Below are positions 25,312 through 41,099 of a DNA stretch of 64,000 bases, one piece after another (position 1 is the first letter of the stretch; every line of letters starts with the position of its first letter). The notes beneath the pieces are model-generated. The model had not been told where the DNA came from, ran no database searches, and saw nothing but the letters and a program-made list of their open reading frames with translations. Where the stretch lies: positions 40,054,001 to 40,118,000 of the forward strand of contig CM052817.1 of NCBI GenBank assembly GCA_028534125.1, given 5' to 3'. A program made the translations under genes and the position numbers. The stretch comes from Lama glama. Taxonomy: Eukaryota.

Positions 25312-25666
25312 CAGCTCACTTCTCCATTTATTAGAATAACCACATCTGGAGAGGCACAAAGCACTTAAGTTTACATGACTACAAAGTTATCACAAATCCC
25401 AAACTTTTTAGCCACAGATATTTCACTTATTCTGTTTAAAGAAAAAGCTTTCAAAACATCTGAGTTAGCGTTGAAACACAGAGACCCCGAATATATGGGA
25501 AATACATATTTTCACTTCCTGCTCTAATAATGTTTTCTTTAAATAGAATCCAGCATAAAAGGGATTGAAATATGTAAGGTCATGATGCAAATGCTTTGGA
25601 GAAATAGTGAAATTAATCTGTACAACACGGAAAAAGATGTAGTGCGCACAGAAGGTCTGCAAGGCC

Positions 25667-25800
25667 TCACTGAGCCATCTGGGCTTCCATGGCTTGTGCT
25701 GTCCATTCTGGTGCTGTCTGACTAATTTTCTCCAAAAGGTTATTCACTTGGAAACAAAGCGACTGGATCTGTTTGTCCCATGTTGGCAGGGCTTCTCGTG
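25667..25800 (-). CDS. COPS4: COPS4 exon 10 (last coding)
   Basis: tttag|CA; (T)[43 protein letters not shown]; 134 nt. Confidence 0.97.
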
Positions 25801-28096
25801 CTAAAGAAAAAGGAATAACGTACAAAGTTGAAATTATTCCTCTATACCATAGAGAATGTGAGTTAAAAGATAAATACAGAAGCACTGATTTTTAACAGTT
25901 TACTCCAAAAATCGTGGCTAATAAAATTAAGCTAATCAAGCGATAGTTAAGAAGAGTACCCAAATCACTGGCACAAAGTACAAAACAAAACAAAACAAAA
26001 CAAAAAAATACACATACAGAGACTTATTATCAACCAAATAACCTCAACCAAAATCACAACAATAAAGCTACTTCACTGAAGCCTACTGACTCATCACCAG
26101 TGTTCACCAAATCATAAGACACTGCCACCTGCTGAGGAAAGTAAATTTATATATTCGAGGCTGTCTCTACTTGATTCTGAAGGATATTTTAATATTTAAA
26201 CCCAAAACAAAAAAAAATTCATAATGAATCCAGCAGGTTTTTCTCTGTACCAGCAATGTATAGTTAAAAATAAAAAACTGGGGCTGGGGGTAGGGGGGTA
26301 AATCCCATTCAAAACAGCACCCAAATTTTCAAATATGGGCACAAAATTAATGAAGAAAAAAATAAAATCTTAATAAAAGACAAAATTATTTGAGTAGACA
26401 CAAACCACATTCCCAGGTGGAAAGATGCAGTATTACAAAAATATCAGTCCTTTGCTATTAATATACAAATTTAAAGGAATTTCAAAGACAATCCCCCTTT
26501 TCTGTTTTGCTTTCTGAACAAGACGACTGAAGTTAATATGGAAGAATTGATGTTTAAGAATATTCAAAATAATCCTGAGAACTAAAAATACGGGCAGGAT
26601 TATGATGTATCTATAAAATGGAATCTTATTCAGCCATGAAAAGGAATGAAGTACTGATTACATGCTATAACATGAATGAAACTGGAAAAACAGTATGTTA
26701 AGTAAAGGAAGCCAAAAAGTCACTTATTGTATGATTCCATTTATATCAAATATCCAGAATGGGTAAATCCACAGAGACAAAATAGAAATTGGTGGTTTCC
26801 AGAGGCTGGGGAGAGGGAGGAAGGAGGAGTAACTGCACAAGGGGCATGGGATTTCCTTTTGGGAAGATGAAAATGTTTTAGAACTAGGTAGAGGCGGTGA
26901 CCGCATAACATTGTAAACATACTAAATGACATTAAATTTTTCACTTTAAAATGATTAATTTCATGCTATGTGAATTCCAACTCAATTAAAAAAAAAAATA
27001 GTAGTGGAGGAACAAGAGTAGCTTTCCCAACAGTAAAATTTACTATAGATTTATTACCTAATATTGTTACAGATTAATGAAACTGGAGTACAGAAATAGA
27101 TTCAAACATAATGGTATCTGATATATGCCAAAGATTAGAAAGAATGTTTTATTTAATAAATGATATTTACATAATTGGCAATCCACCTTTTAAAAAAAAT
27201 TAGACTACGCCTAAAGTTATACACACAAATACTGTTGACAAATTAAATTTCTAAATATAAAACAATAAATGTCAGAATAAATTTTAGGAAAATACTAATT
27301 TTACCCCAAGGTGAAGAAGACTTTCTTTATCAATACAGGAAACTCAAAAGCCATAAAATTTTAAATGGACATATTTGACTATAAAAAAAAAGCCTTTAAA
27401 TATGTTTATGGTATGCATTGTCTTACAGAAACACAAGTAACTGGGGTGGGAAATGGGAATGGGAAAAATATGTGTCACACAGACAGCAAAGAGCTGAAAT
27501 TATCATTAAACCAAAAGCTCCAGCAAACTGACACTGGGAGGTCAGAAGAACAGGTGTAGAGGGAAAAGGAAGGAAATAGGCAAGAAAAAGTAACATCAAT
27601 TCACACAAGAGGAAACGCTAATGGCCAGTACATGGAAAGATCAAACTTCACTAGTGTCAGGGAAATGTACAGTGAAACAATAATGCAGTATTTTCCCTCC
27701 ATCAATTGGCAAAAGATAAAAAAAGGAATAAAATCCAGCTGTTGAAGACTCTTTCTCTCATACTGGTGGAAGTGTAAATGGCTACATGTGTCTGCAAAGC
27801 AAACTGGTGGTAGCTGTTAAGAATCAAAATACATACATCCTCTGATGCAACAAAGGATGAAACTTTTCTATAGAACTAAGTGTCCCAGTATATAAAGATA
27901 AGCACAGGAAACCACCTGAATGTCCACCAACAGGTGAATAGCTGAACTCCAGGAAATACTATGGCTATTAAAAAATAGATTTACATCTACTGACTTGAAA
28001 ATATGTTCATGGTATATTAACTTTTAAAAAACACCTTGTAGACCAGTATGTACTTTAAAGTATAATGCCACTTAAAAAGATCTCTACATGTTTTTA

Positions 28097-28267
28097 GGAG
28101 GGAGGATGTAGCTCAAGTAGTAAAGTGTGTGCTTATTAGCATGCTCGAGATCTTGGGTTCAAACCCCAGTCCCTCCTCTAATAATAAAGGAATAAATAAA
28201 CCAGATTACTCCCCCCAAAAAACCTAAATAAACAAATCACTCTTCAAAAAATAAAAAATTAATCAAG
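28097..28267 (+). mobile_element. Vic-1-type SINE
   Basis: gtagctcaagtagt...gggttcaaaccccagt; TSD aaaaagatctctacatgt / aaaaagatctctatatgt. Confidence 0.8.
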
Positions 28268-28589
28268 AAAAAGATCTCTATATGTCTTTATTTATCTATA
28301 TATAAGCATGGAGAAAAGCACACAAGAATTTAGACTGACATTAGTTATGCCAGGGAGCTAGGATTAGCCAAATGGAGACGGAAGTGAGAAGATATTACAA
28401 ACTCTTCCTTTATTCATCCTTATAATGTTTTACTTATTATTATAAGCATATTTATCATTATAATTTTTAAATCTAAGAAAATTAGAAAGGAAAATATTCC
28501 ATATTCTATCAAGATGGAATACATTAATTTAAATTGTCCTTTCACTTGGTGACCCCTCTGCTATACTATTCATCACATAATGTTTGTGT

Positions 28590-30780
28590 TTATTCAATAC
28601 TTATTTCCCACTTACAATGTGCAGTGCACTGGAAGATGTTGGATATACCATGGAGAACATGAGACACGGTATCTACCACTAGGAAGCTGAGCTTGGAAAC
28701 AGATATTTAGACAAATAGCTACAGAAATGGAAATAGTTACACTTAATGCTAGGAAGAAATTCAGGGTGATAAGAACATATAACTTTAAGCCATGACTAAC
28801 CTGAGGAGTCAGGAAAATTATTACTGGTGAACACTGTTCAAACTAAGACCTGGGGACAAATAGAAGACGGCTGGAGAGGCCGGCTGTGGAAAGGGGTGGT
28901 TATTTCAGAATGTTTGGAGTGGGAAGGAATTTACAATGCTGGGAAAAACTCAAAGACCTGTGAGCTGGATTGGAAACAGAAAGCTATAAAGGATCATACA
29001 GGACTTCCTGGAGACTTTGTAGCATTTTACTCTGCAAGCAAAGGGAAAGCCATTCTTTAGAGTGTCAGAGAAGAGAGTAACATTTAATAATTTGGTTTTT
29101 TTCTTTTTTGTTTGTTTGTATTTTTAAAAGATCACAATCACTCTGGCTATACTAGGGCAATTGAATTAGAAAGGAGAAATTGTAGATGTGAGGATAGTTA
29201 AAAGGCTGTTTCTCAAGCCCAGAAGGGGTTATGAGGGTTCAGAATATGTTGGTGACAGCAGAAATGAAGAAAAGCACGTGGACTCCAGACAAACCTAGGA
29301 GGCAAAATTGAAAAGGATTCTGGGCAGCAAAGAGAAGGCATGAAGGATCAGAAATGCTGGAGAAAGTGGACAGTGTAGTTTTTGACGGTTGGTTGGTTGC
29401 TGTGGGAGGCAGACAGGGACGGGAGATAATGAATTCAGTTTTGGATACGTTCATTCTGAGATGCCCACAAAGCAATCAGGTGGGAAACCTATTAGTCAGT
29501 TGGAGCCACTGAGTCTGGGAAGAGAAATTTACACTAAAATCTAAGCATTGCCTGCATCAAGATGGTAACTGAGTCAATGGGAACAGATGAGATTCCCTAG
29601 TAGAGTAGAGTGGGGAGACCAAAGCTGAGGAGTAAGCCCTCAGCAACCCTAATATTTAAATTTAAAGCACTACAGAATCTATAAAGATGACTGGAAAGAA
29701 TACCTAAAGAAACAGGAGGGAAAGTGGGAGGACAGGGTGGAGGAGATGAAAGAAGTTAAGATGTGGGGGGCAACAAAAAGGAGTGAATCATCAACCCTAT
29801 TCGATATGTTGAAAAGTCAAGATGAATTCTGAAAGATCAAAGGATTTTTGCTAAAATGGAAGAGATCCAAGAACGTTTAAACATTGATAGAAAGAAGCTA
29901 ATAGAGAAAAAAGGATAAAAACAGACAAAATAACTACTAAGCACGGGTTCCTAAAAAGGATTTTTGGGGGGGTAAGGGAGGCAGAGGTCAGAGGAGGGAT
30001 CCCAAGTACTAGTGGAAGAACTGGAGAGAGAGAAGTCGTCTCTAGTGCAACAGGAAGAAAAGACAGAATAAGATCTACATTTAACACTTAGTGGTTTATC
30101 AATCTGATAAAGAAGTTAAGATAATTTCATACTGACAGTTTATTTTTCCTCCTGTGATAAACAGGACACAAGATTTTCTGCTGAAGGAGGAAAGTCAGAC
30201 ATTTAGGAAAATGACTCTAAATAGTCATTACAGAGTAGAGGAAAAGGGTTGAGGAGGAAATGTGTAAGTATCCCAGGCAGTGTTGAAAACCCAGGACCTT
30301 GAATTTGCAATGCAATCTGTCTGTCTGGTGCTCTGACTCTTCTCCAGCAACATCTGTTAACTACTCAAGCAAAGGTATGCAAAGATGGAGAATGGGTTCA
30401 ATTCAAGGCGAAGTTTTGCTGGATTGCAGGGACAAAAAGTTCACAGACAAGTGTTCTGGGGCATAAAAGAGTAATTGCAGTGATGAATGATGAAATCCAA
30501 GCTGGACAGGAAGAATAGAACCGATGAAAAACAGCTGGGCTGACTGGAAGAAACTGAAAAACAACAGACCGGAGGCTCCAATGCTGTCAAGGGAGAGGTG
30601 AAGAAGCAGTAACTGAGAAAGACCACTAGAAAGACAGAGAAAAGGTCGTGTCAGGGTAGGATACTGCAGATTAAAATTGTACAGGTGGAATGGTTCTGGT
30701 ATAGCAAGACCCAGGGCATAAATGAGGTGGGCATAGGGGCTGAGGTATTAGACAATGAGAAAGTCGCGAGATCTCCTTAT
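28590..30780 (-). mobile_element. Degenerate L2
   Basis: Purine-rich antisense L2 motifs (tttattcaatacttatt, gaattcagttttggatacgtt, gatgagattccctag). Confidence 0.65.
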
Positions 30781-30812
30781 CTGTCTGCCTCCACTCATTT
30801 AATGAGCTGCTA

Positions 30813-30941
<129 letters not shown>

Positions 30942-31092
30942 TTAAAAAAAACACACAACAATAAATTCTCAGACATTTTATCATATCTAACAGTCATTCA
31001 CATGTGATAAGAGAACTGAAACGTGGTTTAGCTACCCATCACTAAGCTTTACATATGTACAATTTTTACTTTCTCTTTATGTCAATAGTTTA

Positions 31093-31251
<159 letters not shown>

Positions 31252-31834
31252 TTAAATAAATATAAGAGAGTCTTAATTTTGAAACTACTTTTACACTCTT
31301 AAAAGATGCATCTTTTAAAATTAAATATCCAGGCAGGTAATAACTCATAATCATTGTCCTCATTCCTCCTATCAAAATTTTAAAAGTAACCAAAATGCGT
31401 TGTTTGATACATTTTGAATAACATACAATTAAATACAAACAACACATTTAGAAAATGACTGGCGAGTAGTAACTAACTAGCTAAATGGATTTAATCCTTT
31501 GGATTTGGGTTTGCTTCCCTGGACTATCAGCTTCATTAACTTTTCTTGCTATAAGCACAAACTTTCATCAGCAAGTAGCAGCAAAACAATCATGTGACCT
31601 GTTCTGCAAGCTTGAAAAGTCAATACATACAGCTCAATGGAAGTATCTCTGTTCTTTTAGGCACTTCACATGGATCTTACCCTGAGGCAAACGTGAGAAA
31701 TGTCTGGAAGGCAGGATCCCTTCATGAGAGATCAGGTGTAACATCCCCCCATAAGTGAGATACTATAGGCCCTGACAAAGTTCTGAACCTAAGGCCCGAC
31801 CCTGAAGGTATCAGACTGCTGAGCTCACCCAATT

Positions 31835-32830
31835 CTCTTTTCTTTCTAGTTTTATTGAGATATAATTGACATATAACATTGCATTCATTTAAGGTGTACA
31901 ACATAACGAGCCGATCCACATACATACTGTGAAATGACTACCACAATAAGTTTAGTTAATTAACATCATCACCTCACATAGTTACAATTTTTTTCTTATG
32001 ATGAAAACTTTTAAGATCTACTCTCTTAGCAACTTTCTAATATAAAGACCTAAATAAATAGAAAAACATGGAAGACTTAATATTGTTAAGATGATAATAT
32101 TCCCCAAACTGATCTACAGATTCAGTGCACTCCCAATCAAAATCCCAGCTGGCTTCTTACCAGAAACTGACAAGCTGTATGACATTTATACAGAAATTCA
32201 AAGGACTCAGTGGAGTGAGAACAATTTTGAAAAAGAACAAAGTTAGAAGACTCAGATTTCTTGATTTCAAAACTTACTACAAAGATACAGCAATGAAGAC
32301 AGTGGTACTGGCATGAGGACAGGTATACAGAATAATGAAATAGAATTTAGAGTCCAAAAATAAACTCTCACATTTACAGTCAACTGATAGTCAACAAGGA
32401 TGCCAAGGCAATTCAGTGGGGAAATAAGAATCCAACAAACGGTGCTGGGACAACTCGATATTCACATGCCAAAGAATACAGGTGAACCCCTACTTTACAT
32501 CATATACAAAAACTAACTGAAAATGAATCAAAGACCTAAATTTAAGAGCTACAACTATAAAATCTATAGGAGAAAACAAAGCAAATTTTCATGACGTTGG
32601 ATTAGGCAATGGTTTCTTAGATGAAAGCACAAGCAACAAAAGAAAAAACATAAATTGGACTTCATCAAAATTAGTAACTTTTGTGTTTCAGAAGATACCA
32701 TCAAAAAAGTGAAGAAATAACACACAGAATGGGAGAAAATATTTGCAAATCATTTACCTGATAATGATAAGATCTAGAATATACAAAGAATTCTTACAAT
32801 TCAATAATAAAATGACAAATAATCCAACTG
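31835..32830. mobile_element. L1 fragments: - strand 3' end (31835-32045) abutting a + strand ORF2 piece (32045-32830)
   Basis: ttattgagatataattgacatataac; [23 protein letters not shown]2 remnant. Confidence 0.8.
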
Positions 32831-34329
32831 GGAGTTGTAATGACAATAAACAAAAATGTCCAAGAAAGATAAGTAAGAAAATCAATAACGTCTAAAACTG
32901 GAGAGGAAGGAGACAAAACATCTGTCATATATGTATAGCCCTGTGTGAGAAATCTGAAAATCATTTGCATTCTCAGAGACCCTAGTGAGTCGCTCTCATT
33001 TTAGAAAAGAATTATCTATCTGATTATATCTTCTTTTATTTTTGTCATGGCCAGAAACCTCAATGTCAAATCTAAAACTAAGCTATATCAATCTTGGAAA
33101 CTTCTTCTTACTTAACTAGCTTTTAACTTGTTTGTCAGGCATCTTCTTGCAAAAAGAATTTAAAGTTGTTCAGAATACACAGAAGACAAAAATTTAAAAG
33201 TAAAAAAGAAAAACAAAAATAGCAACAACCAACACACAAACACGCTATTTACAGGTGGGCTACAAGTTTAATTTTTTCAGTTTTCTTGCAGCCCACCAGT
33301 TTAAGAAAACCAGTAAGTTTATCAACTCATGGTGTTCAAATAAGATAAAAACCAATTGCTCAAGGAGAATCACAACTAATCCTAAAACTGAAAAAGAACT
33401 TTTCTGAGTAGCTGCATTAAGAATATACTTAATTAATGAGCATTAGTAATCAATTGGCTTGCTTCTTAAAGTACAATTAAATGAAAGCAATTTAATAGGA
33501 GGCCAATATAATTCCTGCAATGATCTGGTTTAACTCCACTCAGTAAGACTGGAGAGGTGTATATCTTTCCATCAAATCTTACATAAATAATTCTTTTTTT
33601 TTTAATAAATAATTCTTTACAGCTAGATTCTCTTCAACATAGGATGACAGTGAGGCCCAGGCAATGAGTCTAATAGAGCTGCATGTTAATCTCAACCTTT
33701 TCCATGTTTCTGATTGTCCTGATGGTCCTATATCTGTATTTTTATTATCATGTGTACTATTGTTATAAGCTACTTTAAAATCTCTGTAAATAAACATATA
33801 CAGGATATTTGATGTTATGAATAGGTATCTGTTAAAAACTTCTTCCCCAGCAAAGGCAGTCTGATTTAAGCAAACACATCCCTTAACTAGGGAACACAAT
33901 ACCAATTTCTATTCTTATTGGAAACACATTCCCCTGAATAACCTTGGGAAAGCGACTGTGCCAAATTTTGTTGTACCTAAAATAGGACTGGAAAATTATG
34001 CTCTGTCACAAACTGATGATTAAGATTGATTACAGTGCTTATCAAATGGTTTGTGTTTCTAAAAAATCAGGCACTGTACACCTAGACTGAGGGTTATTCT
34101 TCTGCCCTTACAGTTTACAAAGTATGCTTTATTCCACGAAATACTTTCCAACAGGGCTATTTTTATACTTCAAAGTCATATCTGTGTATAATATTCATCT
34201 TGTCAATATAATATTCCTTTTTCTTATCAAGTATTATATAAAAATATTACAGAAAGATATTAAGATGCTTCCAATTTAACATACTTTCCACTAGTGTGTA
34301 CCTAAATATTTACTACCACATATTTATCA

Positions 34330-34551
<222 letters not shown>

Positions 34552-34610
34552 CTATTTTCCCAATGATAAATAATCTTTCCTATGACCCCATTTTTGCCTA
34601 CTAAAATATA

Positions 34611-35247
34611 CAGTTGATTCTCATTATTTGCGGTGGTATGTTCTATTAAGCTACTGCTGACACTGCATTAGTGAACCCTCAACTGCTGCTCCCAGGGAGA
34701 ATACAGGGTTGGGTTCCTATGAGCCTCTGGTCACAACATTTTTATCAGCTGATCAATATGTAACCTTATGTGTACTTCCGTTTAAAAGCACCTTATTTAA
34801 CATATGTTTTTGATTCATTAACATTGGACTCATGGGCTACACTATAACTCACACCTGAATGAAGCTTATCTGACACGTTATCTTCTCTATAAGGCACATC
34901 ACAGACTTCCCACCCTTAAGAACACAAGACAGCACTTCAGCACTATACTTAAGAGCCATTTTAAACAGCAAAATCATCAACAAAATGCATGGAAATGTGA
35001 AAAGCATCGTATTAAAAAGACCACAAAAAGGGCACTTGTTTACAGCATGTGAGCTAAAACAAGAAGGCAGAACACTGCCTTGTTCAGTCCCAACTGGAAA
35101 CATACACTGAGGGACTCAAATTTTTTGCTGCTCCACACATGTCTGCAAATGACTGTAAAAGTACATTGACTACTGATTTGGGGGTGACAAATTATAGAAA
35201 GTAGACAAAGTCACAAATATTGGAATCCATGAATAATGAGGCTCAAG
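34611..35247. mobile_element. MER82-like TcMar-Tigger non-autonomous DNA transposon
   Basis: TIRs cagttgattctcattatt / aataatgaggctcaag; TA flanks; ~640 bp. Confidence 0.75.
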
Positions 35248-35277
35248 TATATATTCATTTGTGAAGACTATGGTATA

Positions 35278-35584
35278 CAGTCATTCTCTCAGTATCCAAT
35301 GGGAATTGGTTCCAAGACCCCCATAAATACCAAAATCTGCAGATGTTCAAGTTACTTACGTAAAACAGTGTTGTATTTGCATTACCTTCACATATCCTCC
35401 CCTACACTTTTAAATTATCTCTAGATTACGTATAATACAAAGTAAATGCTATGTAAATAGTTACTGATGTCAGAAAATTCAAGTTTTGCTTTTGGAACTT
35501 CTGGAATTTTTCTTCCCAAATATTTTAAATCCGTGGTTGGTTGAATCTACAGATGCAGAACCCCTGGAAATGGAGGGCCAACTG
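35278..35584. mobile_element. MER2/MER2B TcMar-Tigger element
   Basis: TA-cagtcattctctcagtatcc ... ggaaatggagggccaactg-TA. Confidence 0.8.
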
Positions 35585-35699
35585 TATGACAAAATGCTAT
35601 AAGAGGTATGAATTATAGCTAATTGTTATTCTCCTCTTCTTGCTTATTTGTATTTCTACAATGAAGATGCATTCTTTTGTAATAATAATAACAAAGACC

Positions 35700-37194
35700 T
35701 CCTTTGCCTTCTTCACTGAGTTGACATTTGTACTGCTGGTGCAAAAGCAGTGGTGGCTAAAACTACTGGCACCACAGCACAGATCAAGGCACTGGCACCA
35801 AACTGTACTGTGCCACACACTCAACAGTCAAAAAAAAAAAGTTTCATTTCAGAATGTCCTTGAAGCAGTAAAAAATCATTTTTATTATATCTTGACAGTT
35901 GAGAATATGTCTTTTTAATACTTTGTGTCACAAAATGAGATATATACCAGTACTTCTGCTGTAAATCAAAGCCCAGTGGTTATTCCAAGGAAATATAGCA
36001 CACATTCACTTAAAATAACTGCTGATAAATTATGGTTTTATAGACTTGGGTATTTGGCAGAAATTTTCTTAAAAATGAACAAAGTGAGCCTATTACTACC
36101 AACCAACAGCATCTGCTGGACCTGCTACAATTTGAGTTTTCAAGAAAAATGTTAGAATTTTTGAAAGCTTGTATCTGCCAGGTGGGAAGGGATAGACTGG
36201 GATTTCAAATGTAGGATAGATAAACAAGATTATACTGTACAGCACAGGGAAATATATACAAGATCTTATGGTAGCTCACAGATAAAAAAAATGTGACAAT
36301 GAATATATATATGTTCATGTATAACTGAAAAATTGTGCTTTACATTGGAATTTGACACAACATTGTAAAATTATTATAAATCAATAAAAAATCTTAAAAA
36401 ACAAAAAAGAAAACTTGTATCTGCCGCTATAAGCTTGACAACTTTTCAATACTTAAAAGGGTTTTTCCCTAATGAAATCAGTGGTAACACATTTAAATAT
36501 AATTTTTATACAGTGTATAATAAAATATATCAATATTTGGAAGCTCTGCGTAACTCAGTGAGGCAGTATTTTCCAAACAAACAATACATGATGCCACAAA
36601 ATCTTACGTGGGTAAAAGATTCATTTGAAGTGCAAGACAGACCAAAATTTGAATATTACAGGATGCAAAATGCTCCTTGATATGGTTTTAGATGCCACAA
36701 TCCAATGAACCTATAAGAAACTATACCGCTTGTCAAATGTGGTATCAAAAAAAAGTTATCAACAATTATCTGAAAAAAACAATAGTATGACTCCTTTTTC
36801 CAACTACATATCCTCATTAGGCTGGATTTTCTTCATATGCTTCCACTAAAACAACACATCAAAACAGGCTGAGCATAGAAGTGCCTTTAAGAATTCAGTT
36901 TTTGTCTATTAAGCTGGACAACAAAAAGATTTGTAAAGTCAAAAGGAAAACAATTCCAATTCTCTAACGTTTTTTGCTTTGGAAAATAAAGTTATCTTAT
37001 AAAAATATGTCATTTATGTTTATATGTAATAGATCTATTATTGCTATTTTTAAATGAATTAATAAAATTTTAGAATTTCTCACTTCATCTTCCAACTAGT
37101 AAACAATAAATATACCCTTCCTAAACAAAAGCTCTCTAGGGTTCCCAATTTTTCAGAATCTAAAGGGGTTCTGAGACCAGAGGATTTGAGAACT
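35700..37194 (+). mobile_element. Charlie1-like hAT transposon remnant
   Basis: Transposase remnant LGYLAEIFLKMNKVSLLL; end ctgagaccagaggatttgagaac. Confidence 0.75.
36180..36408 (+). mobile_element. Young L1 3' end nested in Charlie
   Basis: TSD gaaagcttgtatctgcc / gaaaacttgtatctgcc; A-rich tail. Confidence 0.85.
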
Positions 37195-38078
37195 TAAAAA
37201 TACTGGACAAAAACGTGAGGGAATTTAAAATATGTCATTTCAAAATAGAGAAGATCTTTCTAATAAGCACATCAACAAAATCTAGACGCTTCATAAAAGA
37301 AAAGATTAAAATAAACTATATAAAAATTTAAAGTTTCTGCATGGCAAAAATTTTATAAACAAAGCCAAAAAAGAGATGACAAATTGGGGGGGAAATGGTT
37401 AATTTCTTATATACATGAAGAGCTTTTATAAGTCACCAGAAAAAGATAAAAACAAACAAAAGAAAATGGCGAATGAACATAAACAGATAAGTCACTCAAA
37501 AAAAATGGGTTTCCAACAATAATTTTTTTTTACATATATGGAAAGACACTCAGGAGCATTCATGATAAATGAAATGCAAATTAAAACCAGAGTGAAATAC
37601 TATCTTTCTTTTACCAGATAAGCAAGGATAAAAGAATTTGGTAATGTATGTGAATAATCAGGTACATACAGACATTGTTGTTTACAGTGTAACATTAAAG
37701 GCCAATATACAATTTCTATCAAAATTTTAAGTGTATGTACCCTTAAAGAATTTAACCTATACATATATTCATCTATGTGTATAATTACTACAGCATTGTT
37801 TATAATTGACTAATTATAATAAAGCCAAACAACAGAAAATCGAAAATGAGCTATATGTACTGACATAGAGAGACCACCATGATATATAGCCACATAAAAA
37901 AAGGAAGCTGCAAAAGTGTGTATATCATGCTATCATTTGTATATTAAAAAAAAGAGGATACACACTTTTATACTGAAGGAAATAGAAGAAACCAGTAATA
38001 GTTCTTCACAACAGGAAGCAGTATCATTTTATGTATTGCCTTTTCAGTAACAAAAATAAAATAAATAAGATCACTGCT

Positions 38079-38210
38079 GGGGGGAGGGTATAGCTCAGTG
38101 GTGCAGTGCGTGCCTAGCATGCACAAGGTCCTGGGTTCCATCTCCAGTACCTCCATTAAAAATAAATAAATAAACCGAATTACCTCCCCTACCCAAGAAT
38201 TTTTTTTTTA
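38079..38210 (+). mobile_element. Vic-1-type SINE
   Basis: gggggagggtatagctcagtggt...; TSD atcactgct. Confidence 0.85.
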
Positions 38211-38746
38211 AATCACTGCTTTTAAAGCAGTGGTCTGAACATGTCATTAGGCGCTCAAGTAAATACAGTTCAAGAACAGACATTCTAAAATAATTTAGAA
38301 AAGCCATGGCTTAGAATTACCAGCATTTCCTCTCAATGCCCTTTTCTGCTTTATAAGTTGAGTGATTTGCACGCTATAAGTTAGTAAAAAGAACAAAGAA
38401 CAGTTTATTATTTAAATTTATTGAAGAAAAGGATAAATGCCTGGTCTAAAAGTGAGGCTTGAAGATTAAAAAATCCTCAAAGCAGTACGTTAATTATCAT
38501 ATTACCACTTTCTAGATTTTAATTTTTGTTTCTTTGTATAATTCTCACTTAATTTAATATTCATTTTTCAGTGATTTTAGGAGAACTAAACTTCAGATTA
38601 TCTCTCTTAACTATTCCTAATATCTGTGGGTAAGAGACTGATAACATGCATATTTTAAAATGTCTTCAGTTAGCAATCCATTTTATCACTGTTTTTAACT
38701 GTTTAAAATTTAAACTAAATTTACCATAATCGTATTAATAAGATTA

Positions 38747-39049
<303 letters not shown>

Positions 39050-39146
39050 TCAAAAAGCAAAAAATAAAAGAATTTCTAATATATAACAGCATTCATCAGA
39101 TATTCTGGAGCACCTTAATATAGTAGGATTCTCTAATACAAAATTA

Positions 39147-39407
<261 letters not shown>

Positions 39408-41099
39408 TTATACATTTTCTGTTAATATAAAGGAGTCAATCTTTATACTGCATTATATTATATAAATAAGCTAAAAAAATTCTTATTGAGTTTTTGTTAT
39501 TTTTAATCACTGTTCATATTTTATTTTAGCTTCTTATAATCCTCAGATAATCCCACATGACAAAGATCTTTAAAAAAAAAAAAAAAGCCCAGTTCAGGGA
39601 TATGCTATATACTACTGGGGGCACTATAAACATGTATAACCAACCCATAAAACAATTTGGAAAATACTCTCCCAACCATCCCTTGAATCCTTTAAAATGC
39701 TTATATTCTTTATCTACTGTGTTTTACCTCTAAAAAATAAATCCTAAAAAAAAAAAAAAACCATGGATATACACACATTTGTATGTACAGAATATTCATT
39801 TGTAAGGTTATTCATAAATAAATGCAAAGAAAAAAACAGAAATCACCCATAATGATATTTACAGTATCAATTAAGTTATGGTACATAAAGATGGTAGATA
39901 CTATACAATTATTATAATTACTTTTGATAATAGTCACGATGCAGTTTTGCTAAGTGAAAAAACTGAATAAAACATGTAAAACACCATTAAAGTGCATTTC
40001 TATACACATGTATCATGAGATAATAGCAATTATCTCTAGGTGATGAGATTACAGGTGGTTTTCATTCTCTTCTTAATCCCAATGGTCACATTTCGTGCAA
40101 GAAATGCATAACACTCTACATAATTCAAAACTCACATAATTTAATTCTCACAAAAAAATTCTCCTTACCAGCAAAAGTGGTGCCACCATGTGGCAAGAAT
40201 AGAATTTACAACTGATTTAGCCCCAGTTTTGAAATTAACTCTTTACCTCTTAAATTTTTTATATTAATTCACATTTTTCCAAAAGTCATATATTATTACT
40301 ATTTTGTATTACTTTCATTCACAACACCAATTTACATAAACTGTTAAAAATAGCACCATACTTTTCTGCATTTTCAAATTTTATGCCAAGTGTATCAATT
40401 ACTTTCATAATCAGAATGAACCATTTTTAAAGATACAAGTTCTCAACAAATTATCCAAATCCCTTTTACTTTAATTTGTTTAGAAAACTACTAAGTTTTC
40501 AGTTCTTTGGTATCTTTACAGATAATGTTACAATACTCTCAAAATGATAATTACTACCACTGCAAAGAAGAATATCTAATTTTATATTTATTTCAACCAC
40601 CAATGAAAATAAATCATTTGCTTTGTGCTAGGGAGAAAGTGCTCTAGACAGAATAAGATCAAAACTATTAAGAAAGTCCCTAGCCTTTTCAAACCATCAA
40701 AGGAAAAAATCAAATTAGTAAGAGGCCTTAGCAAAATTCAACATGTACATCTGAAGGTTTTTTCATATCCTGGTTGCTTTTTCAAGGAACATTACTGCCT
40801 AAAAATTTCATAAATGCACCTGAAGTAGTATCTGCCTTATAATCACAAATATTAACGACGACAAAAAAGAAACCTTCATGGACCTGGTAAAAGAGAAGTA
40901 GCTGAAAACATTTAAGTCATTCACAGTTGGTATTTTTATACTTGCCAACTGAAAGAGGAAGTGTGCTTAATGATACACCCATGAGTTTCACACCTTTCAT
41001 CCTTCTTGTACTGTATACTTTGGAGTATTTCATAAGAACTATAAATATTTTTCAAAATACTTATCAAAGGTAAGATTGGCTGAATAAGAGTTACAAACT

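Noticed and set aside
35925..36680. Domesticated hAT transposase gene
   Set aside because: Short broken ORFs with stops and an L1 insertion
38079..38150. tRNA-Ala genes at the SINE heads (also 43886, 59915, 62711)
   Set aside because: Mutated stems, shared SINE tail and TSDs mark them as SINEs
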